From assembly GCA_900128585.1 (NCBI GenBank), contig LT642203.1:1-34480 (forward strand): 34,480 bases of DNA, written 5' to 3'. Positions 19,821 through 29,416 of the stretch are shown piece after piece. The translations under genes were made by a program, and so were the position numbers. The notes under the pieces are model-generated. The model searched no databases. It worked only from the letters and a program-made list of their open reading frames with translations, and had not been told where the DNA came from. This stretch comes from Stramenopiles sp. TOSAG23-3. Its lineage: Eukaryota. Position 1 is the stretch's first letter; the number at the start of each line of letters is the position of its first letter.

Positions 19821-22409
19821 ATGACTGAATACGTGGCAAAGAACAAAGTGGACGATGCCACAATTGACGCGTACAAGGCTATGCAAAAAAAGACGTTTAC
19901 CCGTTGGGTTAACATTCACTTGAAGAAAAGGAACATGCCCATTGAAAATTTGTTTGAAGATACCAAGGACTGCGTCGCTTGGTGCAATTTGATGGAAATT
20001 ATTGGCGGGGAATCGATCAAAGCCGTGACAGGAAAGAAGTTCAACAAGAAGCCAAGAATTGAAATCCAAAAGACCGAGAACGGAAACTTCGTTCTTGAGT
20101 ATTGCAAAAAGAGGGACCTGGGGCTGGTCAACGTCGGGTCGCTCGACTTTGTGAAAGGGAACTCCAATATTATTCTTGGTTTTATCTGGAAGATCATCCT
20201 GCGCTTTGTTGTGGCAGAAGACGGACAAGAAGGGCTTATGTTGTGGGCAAAGCGCGCGTGCCAGCCGTACAACGACCTCCCAGTCACCAACTTTCACAAA
20301 AGCTGGAAAGACGGGAGGGCGTTTGTTGGGATGATTCACAAACATCGCCCGGATTTGATCGCAAACCCGAACGACCTTTCCCCAGACAACGCAGCTGAAA
20401 ACTGCGAACTTGCCTTTAAAGTAGCGGAGGAGAAACTTGGCATTGACCGATTGCTTGACGTGGAAGATATCATCGAAAACGAAAAGCCGGACGAAAAGTC
20501 CATTGCCACCTACGTCTCGCAGTTTTACGTCCTGTTCGCAAAGCAAATGCAGTCCGAGCAGTACATCAAAAGCATTCTGACCGCCGTCGCGGTGACCAGG
20601 CGCCACGATGATTTGATCTCGAAGTACAACGCAGAAACGAAGGACTTGAAAGAATGGATCATGTCCAAATCCGCGGAGCTTGAGAACAACGCCAACAACC
20701 TGCCAAACAACACTGCCGGGGTCAGGGCGATGCTCACGGAGTTTTACGACTACCGCCAAAACGTAAAACCCACTCGCCAGGGCGAGCTTATTGAGATCCA
20801 AGGGATTTTAGGAAGTCTTCACTCTAGCGCAAAGGGTAACAACAGGCCAATGTTCAGGCCTGCAGATGGCCTGAACCCTGCAGACTTGGAGGGCGAGTTG
20901 AGCCAGCTGGAGGCAAAGGAGCACGACCTTGAAGACAAACTTCGCCAACGCTTGATAACCTTCCAGCGCATTGATTTCGTAATCAAGCGCTTCACTGCAA
21001 GGGGCGACAAGATGGTAGCATGGACAGAGCAGCAACATGGCGTTTTTGAAGCCGCAGATATGGGCGCTGGAGTCTCCGGCGCGGAAGTCGCGCTCGCGAA
21101 CCACGACATTTACAAAGACCAACTGAGCAAGTTCCAGGCCGTGCTTGGGGATTTGAACGCCATGAATGCGGAATGCCAAGCCGTTCCAGACCACGACCAG
21201 GTCGGGGGCGTTGCTGAAAATTTCAGTGCTTACGAGGCCGCCCTCAACGACTTGGTTCCAAAAGGTGAAGCTCACGAGGCAGCCATTGCGGACAAGTTGT
21301 CGAGGGAACGCTCGCTAGTTTTGTTGAAAGCGGAGACCTCAAAGGCGGTAGCACTGGCAGTTTACGACATGCAAAAGATCGAGGAAGACATTGCCGAGCC
21401 AATCGTCGAGGGCAGTACTGATGCCATCAACGAGCAGTTGGAGAAGTTAAACGGTCCCATAGCAGACAACATTAACGAATTCCGTTCCCAGGTCGAAAAA
21501 ATCCAAGGCTTGAATAACCAGATCGTTGAAATGGGAAGCTCCTTTAATGGCCCCCAAAGCGCCCAGGATTTGATAAACTCTTCCGATGCGGTCGACGGCC
21601 TCGAAGCGAAACGCGCCGATCGTGTGAACCAGATGGCCGAGCGCAAGTCGTCCGAGGATTACAAGGAGGATTTGCGCGTGCAATTTGCCGAGGTCGCCAA
21701 GCAGGTCACGCAAACCTGTGCCGATAGGACAAAAACGTTGGCAAATATATCGGGCGAGCCAGAAGCAAAAATGCAAGAGTTGCAATCTCTGGCCGAATCA
21801 CATGCACGGGATACCCTGATCCAAACCGCAGAGGAATCGTCAGAAAAGTGCACGGAAGCCAAGATTTTGATCAACAGCCACACCGACGAAACAATTTTCA
21901 GTTTGCGCGCGAAATGGAGCGCAGTAGGTGACGCTTACAAGCAAGCAATGGACGTCGTGGAACAGCTGATCATGGACGCGAAGGGATCCCAGCTTACTGC
22001 AGAGCAGATCAAGGAAGTTCGCGAAGTTTTCGACTATTTCGACCAGGACAAAGACAACTCTTTGGACCAAAAAGAGTTCAGAGATGCTTGCCAAGGCATT
22101 GGTTTGATTCTAGACGACGACGAAGTTTTGTCGTTGTACTTGAAGTGCACTGGCGGACCCACCAAAAAAATGGGCTTTGAAGGTTTTTCCACGTTTATGT
22201 ACGACCAGCTGAAGACTGGAGCGTCTCTGGAAGACGTCATGAACGCGTTTAAGAATTTGTCCGGTGGGGCCGAAGCCATCACAAGCGACCAGGTGACCCA
22301 AAGCTTCCAAGCACACGGTGACGTTAGCGGCTACTTGCTTGAAAATATGAACGAGAAAGAGGGTGGATTGGACTACAACGCCTTCACTGTTCAACTATTT
22401 ACCAGGTAG
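19821..22409 (+). CDS. ACTN: Alpha-actinin-like actin cross-linker (CH1-CH2, spectrin-like rod, EF-hands)
   Basis: QKKTFTRWVNIHL, ILGFIWKIILRF, NFHKSWKDGRAF..IHKHRPDLI, LGIDRLLDVED and PDEKSIATYVSQFY mark the CH domains. A helical rod follows, then the EF-hand FDYFDQDKDNSLDQKEF and a terminal LDYNAF. Confidence 0.93.
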   Translation: MTEYVAKNKVDDATIDAYKAMQKKTFTRWVNIHLKKRNMPIENLFEDTKDCVAWCNLMEIIGGESIKAVTGKKFNKKPRIEIQKTENGNFVLEYCKKRDLGLVNVGSLDFVKGNSNIILGFIWKIILRFVVAEDGQEGLMLWAKRACQPYNDLPVTNFHKSWKDGRAFVGMIHKHRPDLIANPNDLSPDNAAENCELAFKVAEEKLGIDRLLDVEDIIENEKPDEKSIATYVSQFYVLFAKQMQSEQYIKSILTAVAVTRRHDDLISKYNAETKDLKEWIMSKSAELENNANNLPNNTAGVRAMLTEFYDYRQNVKPTRQGELIEIQGILGSLHSSAKGNNRPMFRPADGLNPADLEGELSQLEAKEHDLEDKLRQRLITFQRIDFVIKRFTARGDKMVAWTEQQHGVFEAADMGAGVSGAEVALANHDIYKDQLSKFQAVLGDLNAMNAECQAVPDHDQVGGVAENFSAYEAALNDLVPKGEAHEAAIADKLSRERSLVLLKAETSKAVALAVYDMQKIEEDIAEPIVEGSTDAINEQLEKLNGPIADNINEFRSQVEKIQGLNNQIVEMGSSFNGPQSAQDLINSSDAVDGLEAKRADRVNQMAERKSSEDYKEDLRVQFAEVAKQVTQTCADRTKTLANISGEPEAKMQELQSLAESHARDTLIQTAEESSEKCTEAKILINSHTDETIFSLRAKWSAVGDAYKQAMDVVEQLIMDAKGSQLTAEQIKEVREVFDYFDQDKDNSLDQKEFRDACQGIGLILDDDEVLSLYLKCTGGPTKKMGFEGFSTFMYDQLKTGASLEDVMNAFKNLSGGAEAITSDQVTQSFQAHGDVSGYLLENMNEKEGGLDYNAFTVQLFTR

Positions 22410-23139
22410 GTGATTTTGATTTGTCAGCAAACAAGTCTCCCCCTAGTTTAGGCAAACGATCCATAATAGTACGCGGACCCGAACCGTACAGGTATCGGTC
22501 TCAGAATTTAAAATTTAGTTCATATTGGTAATAGGTGTATTCTTTTCTTATACTTATTGTTTTATAGAGTATACAATTTAAATACACATTCACCTATGGA
22601 TATATCTATTTAAAACGAAATACTAACACAACATAATCACACCACACAAGTAATCGAAGAACACCATCACACCACAAGAATCAAATCCAGCCACTCATTC
22701 CTTTATAACCCTATTTATAACCCTTATTAAAAAAGAAAAGAAATGCAACCTTCCTGAATGCTATTTCTATATTAAATTAATCATTCTATATTATATATCC
22801 CTTATTTCCTTCTTCTCTTTCTTTTTTTCTTGTCTCAACAACTTCATTTAAAATCCCTCGTTGTACCATGTATTATTTTTTTAGTAATTTTTATTATTTT
22901 TTCTGATGATGATTATTATAATCAAAAGCCATCATTGGATTGGAATGGAAGGAATGACAGACGTTCTAGTGACACTTGGGGCACTTCCACAAATCGAAAG
23001 AAGAAACGGATACGGAGTGGAAAGGAACGAAAGTCTTTAACACAAATTAAAAAGAATTTATAAAGAAACCAAACATTTCCAACAAACCTTCCGTGGTTGA
23101 AAGCAATCGTTTAATCGTATCCACGAATAAAATATAACA

Positions 23140-23502
23140 ATGTCCCGCAAAGCCTCTGCAAAGAAAGAGATCAAAAAGTTCACCCTTGACTGTAACGCCC
23201 CAGTAGAGGATAATGTTTTGGACATGGCTTCCTTCGAGAAATTTTTGACCGATAGGATCAAAGTTAACGGTAAAACTGGAAACCTGGGCGACAAGGTCAC
23301 CATCACCCGTGACAAAGCCAAGCTTCTGATCTCTGCCGAAGCCCCGTTCTCCAAGCGTTACTTGAAATATTTGACAAAGAAATACTTGAAGCAACAGCAA
23401 CTTCGTGACTACTTGCACGTAATTGCCCCAACGAAATCCTCTTACGAGCTTCGTTATTTCAATGTTAACAACGCGGACGACGACGAGGGAGACGACGAAT
23501 AA
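23140..23502 (+). CDS. RPL22: 60S ribosomal protein L22 (eL22)
   Basis: [55 protein letters not shown] and an acidic tail. Confidence 0.98.
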   Translation: MSRKASAKKEIKKFTLDCNAPVEDNVLDMASFEKFLTDRIKVNGKTGNLGDKVTITRDKAKLLISAEAPFSKRYLKYLTKKYLKQQQLRDYLHVIAPTKSSYELRYFNVNNADDDEGDDE

Positions 23503-23919
23503 GTGCATTATTATATTATTTGTTATAACTTTGTATGAAAAAAAAGAAAGAAAACTTTGGGTGTCTGGGAACCCCTTCTACAGTGCCTTTACGATACATG
23601 TATTTGTTAAAACTTTCGGTCCAAGAACCTTCATCCCCTCCTGCCCTGAGGAAGCTTCCTCCCTTCCGTCCGCATGGCCGTTCCCCGCCTCAAGACTTCA
23701 AAAGCTGTCCACTTCGCGGAAGGCACTGCGTTGGAAACTTCGTCGAGCGCTGAAGGTTGCGAAGTTCGATCCCGGATGCCCAGCAGCCAGCAGACGGTCT
23801 TTTCCATTTTTGATTGATAGCATAGGGACGATAATATATATATAAGTACAATATTATGTATTCTTAAACACATAATTAATTTAACCCTATAACATGGAGT
23901 TACAATATAAATTTTTATG

Positions 23920-26760
23920 CTAAAAACTGAACGGGGTAAACTTTCGAAGCCGATCGGCTTTGATGTTCTGTGAAATCGCTTGCCTCGCTTCTTTCTTATC
24001 TCCCGATTTGTACAGCTTTTTCGCAAGCTCTTCTTGTCGCTTCTTTCTTTTGTGGGCCTTCGTCTTCGTCCTCCAGCTTTTTAACCTCGCTTGGACGGCG
24101 TCCACCTTCTCTTTTTTCTCCAGACGAACTTCAAACGCGTTCATTTCATTAAAGTATGCAGACGCCGAGGTGCTCAAACTGACGACCCCGCTTACTTTCA
24201 CTTCCGGTTGCTTGGTCTCGGTCAATTGTCTATAGTTTCCAGTGGCGCTGACTAAATGTCTCTTTGCAATGCTAGACATTGGCCTGGCCCGCTTGATTAT
24301 ATCATCCGCGGTGTCAGAGTTGTAACGTCCCATGACACTTTGGGCCCTTCTTGCTTTCGGACTCCCGCCCATGCCAGAACCGTCGTCTCTGTTTCTGAAA
24401 CCGTTGACCGTCTGCGGCCTCTGGGCAGTTCGCTTTCCTTTCAGCCCCCCCTCGGCTGTGGGCTTCCCCCCCCGGGCAGTCGCAGGGCGACGGGGACTGA
24501 GCGGAACGGTCTGTAAATGCCCCCTTTGCACGCGTTTACCGCGGTGTGCTGCGCTTTCTTCAGTTTTTGCGTGCTGTATTTCTCGGACGTATTTGTACCC
24601 TGGGCGATTGTCCGACGTCAGGCGTTTACTGGCTTCCTTGACGACACGGCCTTGCTTGGTGGCAACGATGCCAGTTGGTGCCGTGGACGGCCGGATTTTT
24701 CTCGTGTAGATTTCCGTCTGCCCTAATGCTGTTGTACAGCGCACCTCTCGGGCCTGGGTCAAAAACTTTTGCTTCAGGCGTCGGCGATCTGACACCGCCG
24801 TGCGGGCACGTTCAACGGCCACTTGGGTCGCAAACTTGTGGCGAAAGGCCATGTTGTTCAGGTCTTGAAGGGGCACATTTTCTTCCCTTTCCTTTGCCGA
24901 TTTAAGCAATTGGCGTTTTCTGTCCCGCCCATTTTTTGGGTTTTTCAGCATGTGTTGCTCTACCGTGTAAGCGTTGTGAGCCTTGTGTTCGTGAACGTGG
25001 ACGACTTGCGCTCGTTTCAATATTCCCTCGGCCGTATGGGCAACTTTTACAGGCTTCTCTCTCCATGAGTCTGGTATTTTGACCTTCCTCATCAAGTACG
25101 CTTTCTTCAAGATTTCCTTGTCTACAACATGGTTTTTTACACACTCTCGCAGAGACATTGGGCGATTTCGCTTGGCTTGATGTTTGTGATGATGGTGATG
25201 GTGGTGACCCTCGGCAGCGTCCGGCAGGGGTTTCTCCTCGTGAGTGTCCTCCCCATGATCATGATTGTGGTGTTCCGAGTGGTCTTTGTGATGCTTTGGG
25301 TGTTTCACTCCGTACCCATGTGTGTGGTAGATATCCCCGTGCGTGCGATGCTTTGTTAAGGCAATGTGGGGATCCCAGCTGGGATGAGGGGCAGAGCGCG
25401 GCGAGTCCATGTGCGTCCCCGCTTCTGGCGCTTCTCTCGCACCCGTCACCAGCGGGATTTCATTAAGCTCCATGTGCAGGAATGCCCGTGCACCTTTTGT
25501 TCGAGGGGACCTGGGGTGGCGCAAAACTTTCCCCCCTGCTAAAAACGGGGTATTGTGGTGCGCTCTGCGAAGCTCCCTTCTTTGAAGCGATGCCCACGAC
25601 GATTCGCTGTTCGTCGACTCTGTTTTGGTCCCAGTCCATGAGCTTTTGCTGCTCTGGTCGTCCCCTCTAGCCTCGGCCTCAGTCTCGCTTTCTTCAGCGT
25701 CTTGCGCTTCTTCTTGCGAGCCCCCGTTCAGCTTGGACAGCCGCTTCTCCTCTTTGACCGCTCTGATCAAACCTGACGATGGTGCAACTTTAAACGGCAA
25801 CACCCCAATTTTTTGCACGTACCGCATCAAATTGAAAATTTTTATCGCTTGCTGCTCGTCCCATGCATTGAATTGACGCTTGAAGTGCACCATTTTTTTG
25901 TTCAACAGTCTCGCCTGAAGGTGCAATTTTCGGGCTCTAGTTTGCCCGCTTTGCATCGTGCATATCCTGTGCACGAGATCAAATTTTGCGGTTATATCTA
26001 GGGCTCGCGTTCGAAGGTCATTGTGGTGCGCCCCAATTCCACAAGCCTTCATCTCGTCTGGTCGGTCCCGGATGAGAAAGCAAAGGAGCAACAGTTCGCC
26101 TATTTCTTCAAGGTGGGACAGGATTTCGACCATCCTGTGGGATGCATGGGAATGCTCCACTTCACTATTGTATACGGCAACGCACGACATAAACGACTTT
26201 GCCATGTGCACTACTGACTTCCTCACAACCCAACAAGCCCATTCTTTAAAATTTTTACCGTGAGCATACATTTTTCTCTCCTCGTTGAACATTCGCTCCG
26301 AGGTTTGGATCATTGAAATCTCACGGTGATCTTTTGAAACCTTTGACATTTTCTGTAGTACTTTTGTCGATTCGGCCCGCCCCTTGACCGAGTACTGGGT
26401 GTTGCGTCTATGGCCTTCATCTATTTGTTCTAATTGCTTTATCTTGGTGTCGTGCTGTCTGAACACATTGAACTTTTTGTCGTAATTAAGCCCATCAGTC
26501 TCTCTCGCACCGGAACACTCGCTCCCTTGACTGTCCCTGGAATCTTCTTGGTGGATCGATAAATTGTGCTCGTTCAACACATGCCCACTCCCACCGTCCA
26601 TGATGAAAAATACCTTTTGGGCACCTTTTAACAAAACGGGAACTTCTGACGGGAGGCAATGTATACTACAACTTAAAAAATCTTTTACCGTTTCGATCAA
26701 AAGTAGAAACAATCGAACACGCGAAGGAACATTTATGTCTTTGGTGTCCGCATTTTTCAT
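23920..26760 (-). CDS. Hypothetical basic protein with His-rich segment and repeated RPx(S/T) motifs
   Basis: 946-aa open frame with coding-like composition. The true start may be the ATG at 26601 (MDGGSG). I recognised no domain. Confidence 0.8.
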   Translation of the reverse strand: MKNADTKDINVPSRVRLFLLLIETVKDFLSCSIHCLPSEVPVLLKGAQKVFFIMDGGSGHVLNEHNLSIHQEDSRDSQGSECSGARETDGLNYDKKFNVFRQHDTKIKQLEQIDEGHRRNTQYSVKGRAESTKVLQKMSKVSKDHREISMIQTSERMFNEERKMYAHGKNFKEWACWVVRKSVVHMAKSFMSCVAVYNSEVEHSHASHRMVEILSHLEEIGELLLLCFLIRDRPDEMKACGIGAHHNDLRTRALDITAKFDLVHRICTMQSGQTRARKLHLQARLLNKKMVHFKRQFNAWDEQQAIKIFNLMRYVQKIGVLPFKVAPSSGLIRAVKEEKRLSKLNGGSQEEAQDAEESETEAEARGDDQSSKSSWTGTKTESTNSESSWASLQRRELRRAHHNTPFLAGGKVLRHPRSPRTKGARAFLHMELNEIPLVTGAREAPEAGTHMDSPRSAPHPSWDPHIALTKHRTHGDIYHTHGYGVKHPKHHKDHSEHHNHDHGEDTHEEKPLPDAAEGHHHHHHHKHQAKRNRPMSLRECVKNHVVDKEILKKAYLMRKVKIPDSWREKPVKVAHTAEGILKRAQVVHVHEHKAHNAYTVEQHMLKNPKNGRDRKRQLLKSAKEREENVPLQDLNNMAFRHKFATQVAVERARTAVSDRRRLKQKFLTQAREVRCTTALGQTEIYTRKIRPSTAPTGIVATKQGRVVKEASKRLTSDNRPGYKYVREIQHAKTEESAAHRGKRVQRGHLQTVPLSPRRPATARGGKPTAEGGLKGKRTAQRPQTVNGFRNRDDGSGMGGSPKARRAQSVMGRYNSDTADDIIKRARPMSSIAKRHLVSATGNYRQLTETKQPEVKVSGVVSLSTSASAYFNEMNAFEVRLEKKEKVDAVQARLKSWRTKTKAHKRKKRQEELAKKLYKSGDKKEARQAISQNIKADRLRKFTPFSF

Positions 26761-27152
26761 ATATATATAATTATTTCATTATCACACAAATATATTATAT
26801 TATTATAAAAAAAAAAGAAAAAAAGTGGTGGTGCCATTACACTACCTACATTATTCATATTTTGATGATATGATGACGATAGATGAAGAAGAGACCGTTG
26901 TTATGAAGAATGAATTTTAAACAAATAACTACTCACCGGAGGAGTAACGTATTTTTCATATTTTCATATTTTATCGGTAAAACGCCTATTAGAGTTATAA
27001 TTAGGGTCTTCTGTCTTTTAATTATGTGTTGTATTTTTGGCTACACTATTAAATAAAATTATAATATGCGGGTGTTTCATTTTCATGCCCTACGTAGACA
27101 CTGGGGGTACAAATGCATTTTAATTTTTTAAAAACTGATAAGACGAATCCCT

Positions 27153-28637
27153 TCAATAGGTGAACGTTGCAATAGAATGTGGGGGAAGGACCGTGCTTGT
27201 TTTCCCTAATTCTGAATCCCTCAGGGTCAGTTCAGCGGGACCGTCCCATTGGTTCATAGCAACCACTGCAATCTTTCCCTCTGGGGTTTTGAATGCTGTT
27301 GACAAGACGGCAGAATTACTGTTGCCGAGCCCTACCCGCACCGACCCTGCAGGCACGAACTTGCTGACGTGACCCATGTAATAATAAAATACTTGCGGAT
27401 ACAATTTTCCGTCTTGAAAGATAACCATGGAATCTGACCCGCACTTGATGAGCTTCTCGCATAGGCCGCCGGTTGGGTCCGCGTGGGATGGGGCGCCGTA
27501 CTTGTCCAGTAGCAGGTTCCAGTCGATGAAGCCGGTGGACCAGTTGTTCAAGTCTCCGATGATTTCCCTTCCATAATGTTCTCCCTTGTGCCATTCTGGT
27601 TTATCATAGGTTCCAGTGTTTTGCTTTGCCACTGTCGATTCAGTAGACAGCAATTTGTGCTGAGGAAATTGGGAATGCACTTTGGCCAGGTTCTCAAAGA
27701 AAGGGCCCGTGTACCAATGAAATGCTGTGCCCCAAACGTACTGTGCAGTTTCGGGATCTGAAAGAATTTCATTTGCCCATTCTACAATATGATCTTTGTT
27801 GTGATCATAGATCAATATGTTAACGTCTGGGTGTTTCGATTTCATCACTGGGCCAAGGTAGCTTTTCAGGAACGATTTTTCCGTCTGCGGTGTGTAGTGC
27901 ATCCCTTCGTACACGATATTTCCAGTCATAGCCTCTGGTTCATTTTGAATTGTTATCCCCCAAACATCAACGCCATGGGATTTGTACCCATCGATGTATT
28001 TTGCAAAGTAGTTTGCCCACGCAGTCTTGATGGCAGCATCATCTTTAAGGACACAGGTCCAGGGCCCCAGGTCGCAATTCATGTGGTTGTTTTTCTTCAT
28101 CCACGCGGGCGCACTCCACGGGGAAGCAACAAACTTCATTGTTCTGTTCGCCTTCTTCATCGCCCTCAGAATGAACGGGATAATCTTCGCTTCGTCGTGC
28201 GAGATATTGAAATGCGTAAGGTTCACGTCCCCCTTTTCGTCGTCATAATTGTAGTACTCCATCGAAAAGTCGCAGCTGCCAATTGTCAAGCGCCCCATGT
28301 TGTACCGAAGGCCCGCTTCGCCAAAATACATATCGAGCAGCTGTTCCTGAAGGTCCGGGGTCAACGTGGAGAACACGTGCGAAGCGCTGTCGGTGAACGC
28401 ACCCCCAAACCCTTCAATTTCCTGAAACGTTTCGGATCGATTCACACTCAACATCGACTTGTTTTCAGAATTTTCCGCTTCACCTTCCACACGGGACTTG
28501 GCAAAATGAAGCGGGGGTTGTGGGGTAAGGAGATTGGAAGTACCTTCCGCCGTTAGAACAAAGTTGACATTCGTGGACGCCGCCACGGTCCACAGGCAAA
28601 GCGCAGCAATTGCTGCGGCAGTGGCTTGTTTCAACAT
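27153..28637 (-). CDS. GBA: Glycoside hydrolase family 30 glucosylceramidase (GBA1-like), secreted or lysosomal
   Basis: The ATG at 28637 gives a signal peptide. Motifs: FQEIEGFGGAFTD, IGSCDFS, ASPWSAPAWMK, WGITIQNEP (acid/base Glu), DHN, AFHWY, STE (nucleophile Glu), IDWNLLLD, YYYMGHVSKFVPAGS. Confidence 0.95.
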   Translation of the reverse strand: MLKQATAAAIAALCLWTVAASTNVNFVLTAEGTSNLLTPQPPLHFAKSRVEGEAENSENKSMLSVNRSETFQEIEGFGGAFTDSASHVFSTLTPDLQEQLLDMYFGEAGLRYNMGRLTIGSCDFSMEYYNYDDEKGDVNLTHFNISHDEAKIIPFILRAMKKANRTMKFVASPWSAPAWMKKNNHMNCDLGPWTCVLKDDAAIKTAWANYFAKYIDGYKSHGVDVWGITIQNEPEAMTGNIVYEGMHYTPQTEKSFLKSYLGPVMKSKHPDVNILIYDHNKDHIVEWANEILSDPETAQYVWGTAFHWYTGPFFENLAKVHSQFPQHKLLSTESTVAKQNTGTYDKPEWHKGEHYGREIIGDLNNWSTGFIDWNLLLDKYGAPSHADPTGGLCEKLIKCGSDSMVIFQDGKLYPQVFYYYMGHVSKFVPAGSVRVGLGNSNSAVLSTAFKTPEGKIAVVAMNQWDGPAELTLRDSELGKTSTVLPPHSIATFTY

Positions 28638-29416
28638 GATAACACCTTTAGTTATAAGACACAACGGAAATAGAAGGACATAATTTGCAATGAAATCCAA
28701 CAGGATACATTTCCCAAATCAACAGAACAAAACAAAACAAAATTTTCTTTTCTCAACACTAAAACAACCACAAATCGTTTTGATAATAAAATGGAGTCAG
28801 ATTATTCTCTCTATTATTTTGTGTGTTTTTTGATTTGGATTCTTCTTCTTCTGCTGCTGCTGCTGCTGCTTCTCCTCTTTTTTTTTCTTTTTCTTTATTA
28901 AAATTTTATTATTAATAATAAAATCTTCTCCTTCCTTAATATTAATACATAATAATAATAACCTCTTATTTATATTATAATTCTCATTCATGTTATACCC
29001 TCCTATTTAATATATGACTTTACACCTTAAATACCAACCAGTACTACCAGGTAAATGAAACCGGTATAATAATTGGACACCACAGTTTCATAGTGTGCCT
29101 TCACTTATAAATGTGACCAACGGAAAATTCTGAAATAAAATAGAAAAAAACTATCATAATAATATGATGATGAATGAAATATAGAAACATCATAATATGC
29201 TGCTTTATTTTTATATTTATATTATCACATGATCATATATTTTAAATTATCTCATAACAAAGTACTTGGCCATACATAGATTAATTGCACCAAAGAAGAA
29301 GACGGAAAAAAAAAAGAAGAAAGGAATGTAGACGAGCCTGTTCAGATTTGTTCACGAATAGAGTAGTTTCCCCCGCAAGGCAGGATTGTTAAAGTCAATA
29401 GAGAGGGACCAGGCCG

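Noticed and set aside
19782-20801. Long antisense ORFs (339 aa here; also 1957-2679, 8795-9454, 11645-12424, 12902-13786, 27789-28556)
   Set aside because: They are shadow frames opposite well-supported genes, as expected from codon bias, and have no recognisable motifs.
22702-22724. TTTATAACCCT x2 upstream of RPL22, resembling a telo-box
   Set aside because: It does not match AAACCCTA exactly and lies over 400 bp from the ATG, so the evidence is insufficient.
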